Source: Candidatus Saccharimonadota bacterium (GTDB taxonomy: Bacteria > Patescibacteriota > Saccharimonadia > Saccharimonadales > Saccharimonadaceae). From it: 32,000 nucleotides of DNA. The stretch lies in contig JAIUPJ010000001.1 in the NCBI GenBank assembly GCA_020160975.1, positions 90,001 to 122,000 on the forward strand, written 5' to 3'. Shown piece by piece: positions 9,944 to 17,345 of the stretch. The position numbers and the translations under genes are program-made. How positions within the stretch are numbered: position 1 is the first letter of the stretch; every line of letters begins with the position of its first letter. Under the pieces are notes generated by a model. It was not told the DNA's origin, did not search any database, and was given only the letters and a program-made list of their open reading frames with translations.

Positions 9944-9972
9944 ATTATAGCAAATTATTTCGTTTATGTCAA
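9944..9972 (-). promoter_or_regulatory. Sigma-70-type promoter of the surface protein gene
   Basis: Minus strand reads TTGACA (9967-9972) N17 TATAAT (9944-9949) with a TGc extended -10. Confidence 0.6.
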
Positions 9973-10034
9973 TATTATTTAATGCTACATGATGTTTATG
10001 GCTACTCCTGTCAATTTCTGGTATAATCATCACT

Positions 10035-10604
10035 ATGCAATCGTTACAACTCTCACGTCCGCACGCGATCATGATGGTCGGCATCCCTGGTAGCGGCAAA
10101 AGTTTTTTTGCCCAACGGTTCGCCGAGACATTTCGTGCTCCTTTCATCGACAGCCTTGTGATCGAGCAACAAAGCCGCGACGATGCGGCAGCCGGCACTT
10201 TAATTGGGTATGTGCTCGGTGAACTAGTCAAGACAGGTACGACTTTTATCTTTGAAGGCAACAGCGATAGTCGCGTTCGTCGTACCGAATTTGCAGTGTG
10301 GGCGCGCGCCCATGGCTATACGCCGCTATTTATCTGGGTTCAGACCGATGCCACGACCTCTCTCGATCGCACACTTAAAGCTCGTAGCCTTACGAAAGAG
10401 GCCTTCGCCGAAGCACTCAAGGGATTTAGTGCCCCACACACGAGTGAAAAACCGATTGTTATAAGTGGTAAGCACACCTATGCTAGCCAAGCAAAGGTCG
10501 TTCTCAGGCGCCTGAGCGAGCACAACCGACCAGCCGCAGCCCCTCTCGCATCTGCTCGTCCTGCCACCGCCGATAGTCGGCGCTCAATTACCGTTCGATC
10601 ATGA
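10035..10604 (+). CDS. P-loop NTPase / AAA_33-type kinase-like protein
   Basis: Walker A MMVGIPGSGKSFFAQRF. 189 aa. ATG lies 7 nt after a TGgTATAAT extended -10 (10019-10027). Stop overlaps the next start (ATGA). Confidence 0.7.
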   Translation: MQSLQLSRPHAIMMVGIPGSGKSFFAQRFAETFRAPFIDSLVIEQQSRDDAAAGTLIGYVLGELVKTGTTFIFEGNSDSRVRRTEFAVWARAHGYTPLFIWVQTDATTSLDRTLKARSLTKEAFAEALKGFSAPHTSEKPIVISGKHTYASQAKVVLRRLSEHNRPAAAPLASARPATADSRRSITVRS

Positions 10605-11299
10605 CCGCCATCATCGACGCAGAGTTTGGTGAGATGGTCGTCAAACGCAGCGCAAAATCCCGAAGCATTCGCATACATATTGGCACAGACGGGCGGTTTG
10701 TTATTGCTGCATCCAAATTAACACCGCTTGCTTTTATCAAGCTTACCATCGCTCAATCACGAGACTCCCTGCGACAGTTGCTCGCCAGTACCCCTCGTCG
10801 CGACAATTACACCGATGGTCAGCCGATCGGTCAACACCACAAGCTCGCCGTTGTTCATACCGGTATGGTTGCGCTACCTACAACAAAAGTCGAACGCAAC
10901 CGCCTGCTTGTCATGCTGCCGCCGCAGACCAGTCTCGACGAAAATACTGTCCAGCAACAAATACGCGACACTGTCACAAGAATTTTACGCCGCGAAGCCA
11001 AAGCCTATCTGCCCGACAAGCTTGCCGCCATGGCACGCCAGCACGGATTTCATTATGAGCGCGTTCGCTTCAGTCATAGTGGCGGTCGCTGGGGGAGCTG
11101 CAGTAGTACTGGTACCATCAGCCTCAATATCGCTCTCATGAAACTAGATCCAGTCCTGACTGATTATGTTCTTGCTCACGAGCTCTCCCACACGCGCCAA
11201 ATGAACCACTCGTCAGCATTTTGGAGCGAAGTAGCGGCTATTGACCCACACTATAAGCTTCATCGGCAGCAGTTAAAACGCGAATCTCCCGTCGTCTAG
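10601..11299 (+). CDS. DUF45 / YgjP-like (M48-related) zinc metallopeptidase
   Basis: RWGSCSSTGTISLN followed by VLAHELSHTRQMNHSSAFW (HExxH) is the characteristic DUF45 arrangement. Confidence 0.8.
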   Translation: MTAIIDAEFGEMVVKRSAKSRSIRIHIGTDGRFVIAASKLTPLAFIKLTIAQSRDSLRQLLASTPRRDNYTDGQPIGQHHKLAVVHTGMVALPTTKVERNRLLVMLPPQTSLDENTVQQQIRDTVTRILRREAKAYLPDKLAAMARQHGFHYERVRFSHSGGRWGSCSSTGTISLNIALMKLDPVLTDYVLAHELSHTRQMNHSSAFWSEVAAIDPHYKLHRQQLKRESPVV

Positions 11300-11365
11300 C
11301 TATCAACCTATTTCCATTTACGCAGCTCATGGTTATAATGAGCCGTAGTGAAAAGGGGAGGGCAA

Positions 11366-12967
11366 ATGATCGTCAACGTCAATCAACGCACTGCGAGCAT
11401 TATTCATGTTGCCGGTTTTTTAATACCCGTGATTTTGACGTTGTACGGATTCCTTATATTACTCAAAATCGTCCAGCCGTCCCAGCAGGTTGACCCGTGG
11501 ATATTCGGCATTATCACGGGGGGATGGATTGTGCTCGGTACGTATCAGTTACTCGTTGCCTCACGCAGTAAAACCGAATCTGCACTCCGGCTAGCTGGAT
11601 ATCATCTGTTTACAATAGCTTATATCTTGCTTATTGCTGGCTTCTCGATGCCGTTTATTTGCATTTGGGCAGTGCTTTTCTTGGCATCTTACGAATTCTT
11701 TTCTAATGATGGACTCCGCCTAAGTATCGTAGCACTGGTCGTAACAGCGGTTGCCGATACCATCATCAACCTCGGCGATGACCGTTATGTGATCACAAAT
11801 ATTATCTCGCTGGTTGCAACACTCTTGGTGGGTATGATCGCCACACAAGTAAGCCAAGCTCAACAAGTTGATCGCCAAGAACTTAGCCAGGCGCGAACCG
11901 ACGGCCTACGTGAGCGTGATCGCGCCGTTACGCTCATGAATAATCTGACCGATGCTGTACTCGCCACCGACAAAAATGGCATCATCCTCGTCTACAATGC
12001 CGCCTGCCTCAATCTCCTCGACACCAACGCCGAGCTCACCAATCAGCCGATCGATGCCGTGGTGTCTGTCCAAGATAGCGATGGCAAGCCACTCAAGCTA
12101 AGCAAATCCCTCCGTGATGCAAAGAGTGTGGTTAGTCGAGATGATCTCAGCGCCGTGATTTCCGATGAAACCATTCGACTCAGTACGGTCTTTTCGCCAA
12201 TTCGTAGCACCAACAGTAATAGCAAGTCTGCCGAGGGCTATATCGTGATTCTGCGCGACATCACCAAACAAAAATCGCTCGAAGAAGAGCGCGATGAGTT
12301 CATCAGTGTAGTTAGCCACGAACTTCGTACTCCGATCACCATCGCTGAGGGCACGCTTAGCAACGTGCAGCTCATGATGAGCCGGCGTGACATTCCTCAC
12401 ACCACACTGGCCAACAACGTCACTGTAGCACACGAGCAGGTTGTATTCTTGGCAAAGATGGTCAACGACCTCAGCACTCTTAGCCGTGCCGAGCGCGGCG
12501 TAGCCGATACGCCCGAAGAAATTGATGTCAGCCAGATGGTACACGACCTCTATAGCGAATACGCCCCTCAAGCCGAAGCCAAAGGCCTTCAGTTCAACCT
12601 AGCGCTTGACCCCCAGCCTGGCACTGTCTTCGCTAGCCCGCTCTACCTCAAAGAGTTACTGCAAAACTTTGTGACAAACGCTATCAAGTACACCAAGAAA
12701 GGCGACATTCTGCTACGGGTGACAAAGCAAGATGATACACTCGAATTTTCGGTCAAAGACAGTGGTATTGGCATCAGTAAGTCCGACCAAGAGCGTATTT
12801 TCGATAAATTCTGGCGAAGCGAGGACTACCGGACGCGCGAGACGGGGGGTACAGGCTTGGGACTTTATGTGGCACGCAAGCTTTCTCGCAAGCTCAACAC
12901 CGAGATTCACCTTAGCTCGCGGCTCAATCATGGCTCAACATTCCGCTTTAGCTTGCCACTAAAATGA
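11366..12967 (+). CDS. Membrane-bound PAS sensor histidine kinase
   Basis: About 5 N-terminal TM segments, a PAS-like region, H-box SHELRTPIT, N-box and GGTGLGLYVARKL ATP lid. Start set at ATG 11366, 5 nt after AAGGGGAGG, rather than the GTG at 11348. Confidence 0.85.
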   Translation: MIVNVNQRTASIIHVAGFLIPVILTLYGFLILLKIVQPSQQVDPWIFGIITGGWIVLGTYQLLVASRSKTESALRLAGYHLFTIAYILLIAGFSMPFICIWAVLFLASYEFFSNDGLRLSIVALVVTAVADTIINLGDDRYVITNIISLVATLLVGMIATQVSQAQQVDRQELSQARTDGLRERDRAVTLMNNLTDAVLATDKNGIILVYNAACLNLLDTNAELTNQPIDAVVSVQDSDGKPLKLSKSLRDAKSVVSRDDLSAVISDETIRLSTVFSPIRSTNSNSKSAEGYIVILRDITKQKSLEEERDEFISVVSHELRTPITIAEGTLSNVQLMMSRRDIPHTTLANNVTVAHEQVVFLAKMVNDLSTLSRAERGVADTPEEIDVSQMVHDLYSEYAPQAEAKGLQFNLALDPQPGTVFASPLYLKELLQNFVTNAIKYTKKGDILLRVTKQDDTLEFSVKDSGIGISKSDQERIFDKFWRSEDYRTRETGGTGLGLYVARKLSRKLNTEIHLSSRLNHGSTFRFSLPLK

Positions 12968-12976
12968 CCTACGTTT

Positions 12977-13070
12977 CGGAACCTTTCCGACGTACCGTAC
13001 AGCGACTGCAGCACTGATGCCCCTAAGAGACATCAAGCGCGTAGAATGATACGGAGTGGGAGATTTTGAG
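12977..13070 (+). repeat. Copy 1 of a ~100-nt structured repeat (core CCGTACAGCGACTGCAGC at 12995-13012)
   Basis: About three quarters identical by my hand alignment to the reverse complement of 29316-29413. Shares the core and outer arms with 29192-29300. Confidence 0.8.
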
Positions 13071-13087
13071 ATGTAGGCCAACTTTCA

Positions 13088-13116
13088 TTGCTCTTAATCA
13101 TATTGTATGGTATAGT
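13088..13116 (+). promoter_or_regulatory. Sigma-70-type promoter
   Basis: TTGCTC (13088-13093) N17 TATAGT (13111-13116) with a TGg extended -10. Confidence 0.5.
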
Positions 13117-13188
13117 CGTATTTTGTCAGCACATCACGTCAACACATGGACACCATTACTCATACTCAACCTAGAGGGGGTGAAAAAC

Positions 13189-13302
13189 ATGTCGAAGTTC
13201 GTCAAGCTCGCGGTGGGCGCGCTGGCCCTGCTGAGCCTCGCTGCCGTCGGTGGCATCATCCACGAGCTCATGCGCGATGACGGATCGGGCCTGCCATACT
13301 GA
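13189..13302 (+). CDS. 37-aa hydrophobic peptide (single TM), unknown function
   Basis: ATG 8 nt after GAGGGGG. Sequence MSKFVKLAVGALALLSLAAVGGIIHELMRDDGSGLPY. 32 of 37 codons end in G/C (my count), a strong frame-specific bias. Confidence 0.45.
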   Translation: MSKFVKLAVGALALLSLAAVGGIIHELMRDDGSGLPY

Positions 13303-13316
13303 TTGCGGGCCCTCAA

Positions 13317-13351
13317 GTCACCCCGGGCGGCACATTGCCGCCTGGGGTGAC
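13317..13351 (+). terminator. GC-rich hairpin without T-tract (I-shaped terminator candidate)
   Basis: 15-bp stem GTCACCCCGGGCGGC / GCCGCCTGGGGTGAC (one G-U), loop ACATT, 15 nt after the stop at 13302. Confidence 0.45.
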
Positions 13352-13359
13352 CCATCAAC

Positions 13360-13388
13360 TTGACTTTACTGCTCAGCTGATCTACACT
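13360..13388 (+). promoter_or_regulatory. Sigma-70-type promoter upstream of secE
   Basis: TTGACT (13360-13365) N17 TACACT (13383-13388). Confidence 0.5.
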
Positions 13389-13439
13389 GAGACTTGACAA
13401 TCTGCGACAAGCAGATTTTTAAATTGGAGAAAAAGGGAA

Positions 13440-13799
13440 GTGGCAAAAGCAACCAAGAAATCTGAGACAAAGGTGACCCGCATCACGGCAAGCGAAAGCG
13501 CGTCGAAAAAATCCGTCACCCTCAAGAAAAAACCAACAATCAGGCCAGCAAAAACCACTGAGGGACAACAGGCAGTATCAGGCCGCCCAGCACGTGTTCT
13601 TTCCAAGAACCCCCTGGTATCACTCTGGCGCTACATCAAAGGATCATGGCATGAGCTACGCCAAGTACGTTGGCCCGATCGACGCGCCACCTGGAAAATG
13701 ACTGGAGCGCTTATCGCATTCACTGTGTTTTTTGTGGTAGTAATTCTGCTGATTGATGCAGGATTTGGTGAATTATTTAAATTATTGATAGGAAAGTAG
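13440..13799 (+). CDS. secE: Preprotein translocase subunit SecE (with Lys-rich N-terminal extension)
   Basis: C-terminal ELRQVRWPDRRATWKMTGALIAFTVFFVVVILLIDAGF is the SecE signature. Sits directly upstream of nusG. GTG start after GGAGAAAAAGGGAA. Confidence 0.85.
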   Translation: MAKATKKSETKVTRITASESASKKSVTLKKKPTIRPAKTTEGQQAVSGRPARVLSKNPLVSLWRYIKGSWHELRQVRWPDRRATWKMTGALIAFTVFFVVVILLIDAGFGELFKLLIGK

Positions 13800-13810
13800 A
13801 TACCCCTCTT

Positions 13811-14359
13811 ATGGCTCACAAAAATCGTTATGACAGTACCCGTCAGTGGTACGCAATCCACACGTATAGCGGCTACGAAGAGAAAGTAGCTGATAGCATT
13901 CGTCAGCGCGCCGAGACCGTCGACATGGCCGACAAGATCTTTGACGCGATGGTGCCAAAGGAAAAGCAAATTCAGATCAAAAACGGCAAACGCAAAGTCA
14001 TCGAAGCCAAGATCTTCCAAGGCTACGTACTGGTCGAGATGAAACTGACCGACGAAACCTGGTATATCGTTCGCAACACTCCTGGTGTCACCGGCTTTGT
14101 CGGTAGCGGCACCGAGCCGACTCCCGTCAGCGACAGCGAAATCGCCAAGATCAAGAAACGCATGGGTGTCGAAGACCCCAAGCATCAAATCGACTTCCAA
14201 CCTGGAGAAGTCGTCAATATCACTGACGGCCCATTCAAGGGCTTCGACGGTGCCGTGTCAGAAATCGACACCGCCAAGGGCAAGCTCAAAGTCATGGTCA
14301 GCATGTTTGGCCGAGACACCCCTGTCGAGCTCGACGCGTTGCAGGTCAAAAAAGTCTAA
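13811..14359 (+). CDS. nusG: Transcription termination/antitermination factor NusG
   Basis: WYAIHTYSGYEEKV ... FQGYVLVEM ... VRNTPGVTGFVG ... KOW motif GEVVNITDGPFKGFDGAVSEID. Confidence 0.95.
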   Translation: MAHKNRYDSTRQWYAIHTYSGYEEKVADSIRQRAETVDMADKIFDAMVPKEKQIQIKNGKRKVIEAKIFQGYVLVEMKLTDETWYIVRNTPGVTGFVGSGTEPTPVSDSEIAKIKKRMGVEDPKHQIDFQPGEVVNITDGPFKGFDGAVSEIDTAKGKLKVMVSMFGRDTPVELDALQVKKV

Positions 14360-14374
14360 AGATTGTATCGAAAC

Positions 14375-14412
14375 AATACAAGTGGTTCGTTCGCGGCCAC
14401 TTGTATTTTTTT
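14375..14412 (+). terminator. Rho-independent terminator after nusG
   Basis: Stem ACAAGTGG (14378-14385) / CCACTTGT (14397-14404), extended by A-T pairs, followed by a T-run to 14412. Confidence 0.75.
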
Positions 14413-14429
14413 GTAATCTATGCTATAAT
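14401..14429 (+). promoter_or_regulatory. Promoter of leaderless orphan gene
   Basis: TTGTAT (14401-14406) N17 TATAAT (14424-14429) with TGc. ATG at 14437 is 7 nt downstream. Confidence 0.55.
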
Positions 14430-14436
14430 TATAATA

Positions 14437-14982
14437 ATGAACTTGCCTCCAGCGCATGAGCGTGAATCAATCAAACCTGAGCTCGATACGGCACCTGTCG
14501 TGGTTTATGATTTTTATGGAGACAGGCCTGTACTTGCTTCGGCTGGATATCATGACTCCTCTGAGCCTGGGTCACGAACTGAAATAATTCGGGGTGAAGC
14601 CGCGATTGTGAGTCATGTCGAAGAACTGCTCCTCAACCTCATAACAAAAGGTGACATTGGTGCCGGTATCGATGCCCTTTGTATAGGAGAGCACTTACCA
14701 GAATATTTTGGTGACGCACCTGAAGATTTAGTCGATATTCTCGCGATCCTCATCTCTAATTCGCAGCTCGATAGTGATTCGATGGCAGACCTCATTTGCC
14801 GATCCGAGTATGGACCACTATCGCTGAGTGAAGGTATACGTTCTGCTGTTCAATCTCGGCTCAAAGGCTATTCACGTATGGATGAGGCGCTACGAGACCC
14901 TCTCGTACGCGGCTATGTAGAGGTACAGTTCGAAGCAAATGGCATGTCGGAGCCACAAGCAATTGCTAAGATTCTGCTATAG
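14437..14982 (+). CDS. Acidic hypothetical protein (181 aa)
   Basis: ORF-track frame 14401-14982. Start moved to the ATG at 14437 because the first 12 codons are the promoter itself. No recognisable domain. Confidence 0.55.
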   Translation: MNLPPAHERESIKPELDTAPVVVYDFYGDRPVLASAGYHDSSEPGSRTEIIRGEAAIVSHVEELLLNLITKGDIGAGIDALCIGEHLPEYFGDAPEDLVDILAILISNSQLDSDSMADLICRSEYGPLSLSEGIRSAVQSRLKGYSRMDEALRDPLVRGYVEVQFEANGMSEPQAIAKILL

Positions 14983-14993
14983 CATACTAACTA

Positions 14994-15022
14994 TTGACAA
15001 TTGCAAAATAACGTCCTATAGT
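14994..15022 (+). promoter_or_regulatory. Promoter of leaderless orphan gene
   Basis: TTGACA (14994-14999) N17 TATAGT (15017-15022). ATG at 15031 is 8 nt downstream. Confidence 0.6.
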
Positions 15023-15030
15023 CTTTCAGA

Positions 15031-15552
15031 ATGAGAGTGATCCGACCCCAGTTTGCTGTATTGATCCCGCACCCTGATAGAAATGCGCTCCAATATGTTG
15101 TGGATACAGAAAACTACGGTATCCCAGCCTACTACGAACCCGAGCATGAGCAGCCTAAGATGACCCGTGAGGCTACGGCACGCACGATCATGAGTCACGC
15201 TGCACTGAAAGCTGCCGCTTCTGTCGATCGCGTCTACGTGTCACCTGCAGGGCAGACTTTGTACGCAATGAAGCCACCGAAATCAGCCGAGCTTCGTGAT
15301 GGGTATGAATGGATCAACTGTGATCCATCAGTATGGAGTGCTTACTACGAAGAGATCGCTGAACTACGCCGACCAGAGAGCCATCAGTACGACCGACTGA
15401 AAGCTCATGCTATAGAAAAACTTGCTATGCAGGCATGCGCACTCCACACCCTGACTGAAGCACTCGGAACCGTAGACGAGGGACGTGTTTTGCAAAGTTT
15501 CTTTTTCGAAAACTCTACCATGTACGGCCTAGACTCCACGATCAGTTTGTAG
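15031..15552 (+). CDS. Hypothetical protein (173 aa)
   Basis: Long ORF with its own consensus promoter. No recognisable domain. Confidence 0.6.
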   Translation: MRVIRPQFAVLIPHPDRNALQYVVDTENYGIPAYYEPEHEQPKMTREATARTIMSHAALKAAASVDRVYVSPAGQTLYAMKPPKSAELRDGYEWINCDPSVWSAYYEEIAELRRPESHQYDRLKAHAIEKLAMQACALHTLTEALGTVDEGRVLQSFFFENSTMYGLDSTISL

Positions 15553-15714
15553 TATAATTACTCTGTTACGCACTAAATATGCTTCAATAATATTTAGTAA
15601 TTGCTTTTTCGTGGGATTAAATGGAAAGAGCAGCCCATCCCGAGCGATTTACTCGCTCGCATGGCGCAATGAGAACACTGTTTACAGTTGTCTCATATCC
15701 CGAAGGGAAAATTT

Positions 15715-16140
15715 ATGGCTAAAAAAATCATCGGTAATCTAAAACTACGCATCCCAGCTGGTCGCGCGACCGCAGGCCCTCCTGTCGGTAGCACCCTCGG
15801 TCAGTGGGGACTCAACATGATGGATTTTATCAATCCATTTAACGACGCAACGAAGGGCGACATGGGCAAAGACGTCATCGTCCACATCCAGGTCTACGAA
15901 GACCGCACCTTCACCTGGAAGAGCCTTGGCCAGCCAGTTGACGATGCGATTCGCGCTGCGATCGGCATCAAAAAAGGCAGTGGCAAGCCACACTCAGAAA
16001 AGGTCGGCAAAATCACTCGTGCTCAGCTCGAGGAAATCGCCAACGCCAAGATGGAGCAGTTGAACGCCAACGATATCGACGCAGCTGTCAAAATCATCGC
16101 CGGCAGCGCCCGCTCAATGGGTGTAGAGGTAGAAGGCTAG
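15715..16140 (+). CDS. rplK: 50S ribosomal protein L11
   Basis: MAKKIIGNLKLRIPAGRATAGPPVGSTLGQWGLNMMDFINPFNDATKG is a canonical L11 N-terminus. ATG 15715 follows GAAGGGA. Confidence 0.95.
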   Translation: MAKKIIGNLKLRIPAGRATAGPPVGSTLGQWGLNMMDFINPFNDATKGDMGKDVIVHIQVYEDRTFTWKSLGQPVDDAIRAAIGIKKGSGKPHSEKVGKITRAQLEEIANAKMEQLNANDIDAAVKIIAGSARSMGVEVEG

Positions 16141-16376
16141 TGAGCGAGCAGCCTGGCCGCCACGAGCCAATGAGGGGCACTCTTGCGGCGGATAGGCTAG
16201 ATGATCTCCGTGTCGCCGTTGAATTGATGCGCCTCAAGGATGGTAGTCTCCCGCTTGTCGCGCCAGCAAACGAGCTGACGCTCAATCCTCGAGACATCGA
16301 AAACCAAGAATACGCGCGGCTTGTCTCCTGGATTCAGCTCATACGAGCCAGCGGTCTCGGTAAGCGGCCCCGGTAG
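16140..16376 (+). CDS. Possible small ORF (78 aa) translationally coupled to rplK
   Basis: GTG overlaps the rplK TAG by 1 nt. Lies between the rplK stop and the only terminator (16392-22). First codon positions are 36 percent G (my count). No similarity recognised, and a competing antisense ORF exists. Confidence 0.3.
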   Translation: MSEQPGRHEPMRGTLAADRLDDLRVAVELMRLKDGSLPLVAPANELTLNPRDIENQEYARLVSWIQLIRASGLGKRPR

Positions 16377-16391
16377 CAACGATATCTCCTC

Positions 16392-16422
16392 AAACAGCCA
16401 CACTAAACTGTGGCTGTTTTTT
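16392..16422 (+). terminator. Rho-independent terminator
   Basis: Stem ACAGCCACA (16394-16402) / TGTGGCTGT (16409-16417), extended by two A-T pairs from 16392; the T-run continues to 16422. Confidence 0.85.
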
Positions 16423-16436
16423 GTATAATACACAAT

Positions 16437-17345
16437 ATGGTTCGCACCAAACACCACAATCGCACACCAAAGCGCTACACCAGCCGTCGCCACCCGCCAC
16501 GATTACTGGTGACCGGGCTACTTCTCCTCACGGCTGCCACGCTCTGTGGGCTCTTCTTGTCGTATGCAAATTGGCGACAACTGTCAGATGAGCGCCAACT
16601 AAAACAGGAGCAAGCGGCACAATTTGCCGCACTCGACAAACGTGTCGCTGCGGCAGCACAAAAGAAAATTGATGATGCCAAAAAGGCCGAAGCAGCGGCA
16701 AAAGCAGCGGCAGCCGCTGACGAAGCAGCCCGCAAGCAATCAGCCGGGCAGCATCCCGACGGCACGGTTAGCTCATCAATCTGCGCCGTCACAATTCCTT
16801 CAACACTCACTGTTGTCATCAACAAAAAGCATTGTTTCTCACCGCTTAACTGGGCACCGAGCGACCTGGCATCTGTTCAGGGTTATCTCCTGCGAAGCGA
16901 GGCAGCTACTCAGCTTGGCGCTATGATCAACGCGGCAAGCGCTGCCGGCATGGGTTTTAGTCCCTCCAGCGCCTATCGCTCCTACGATAATCAAGTTACT
17001 ACCTACAATACCTGGGTTGCTATCAACGGCAGCCAGGCTGCCGCCGATACGGTCAGCGCCCGACCGGGCTACAGCGAGCACCAGACTGGCCTCGCCGTCG
17101 ACCTGCAGACGAGCGGCTGTGCGCTCGAATGCTTCGCGGGTACAGCCGCATACCAGTGGCTCAAACAGTATGCCTCAGATTACGGATTTATCGAGCGCTA
17201 TCCGGTTGGCCTCACCAGCATCACCGGTTACAGCCCTGAGGCGTGGCACTGGCGCTACATCGGCGTTGCTACTGCTAGAGACATGAAGACAAAGGGTATC
17301 CAGACCCTCGAAGAGTACCTGGGTATTCCCGGCGGCGACTACTGA
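16437..17345 (+). CDS. M15 family D-alanyl-D-alanine carboxypeptidase (VanY-like), membrane anchored
   Basis: N-terminal TM, Ala/Lys-rich linker, then SARPGYSEHQTGLAVDL and PEAWHWRY zinc-peptidase motifs. ATG lies 7 nt after TATAAT (16424-16429). Confidence 0.85.
   Translation: MVRTKHHNRTPKRYTSRRHPPRLLVTGLLLLTAATLCGLFLSYANWRQLSDERQLKQEQAAQFAALDKRVAAAAQKKIDDAKKAEAAAKAAAAADEAARKQSAGQHPDGTVSSSICAVTIPSTLTVVINKKHCFSPLNWAPSDLASVQGYLLRSEAATQLGAMINAASAAGMGFSPSSAYRSYDNQVTTYNTWVAINGSQAAADTVSARPGYSEHQTGLAVDLQTSGCALECFAGTAAYQWLKQYASDYGFIERYPVGLTSITGYSPEAWHWRYIGVATARDMKTKGIQTLEEYLGIPGGDY

Noticed and set aside
13066-13188. Longer 78-aa version of the small peptide ORF
   Set aside because: The upstream part overlaps the repeat end and the promoter itself. 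The codon bias and SD begin only at 13189.
13631-14200. 189-aa minus-strand ORF across secE and nusG
   Set aside because: It is a shadow ORF antisense to two confidently identified genes, with no start context.
16197-16493. 98-aa minus-strand ORF between rplK and the M15 peptidase gene
   Set aside because: It would have to be translated through the 16392-16422 terminator hairpin and the 16424-16429 -10 box, and it has no start context. It is kept only as an alternative in the finding on this interval.
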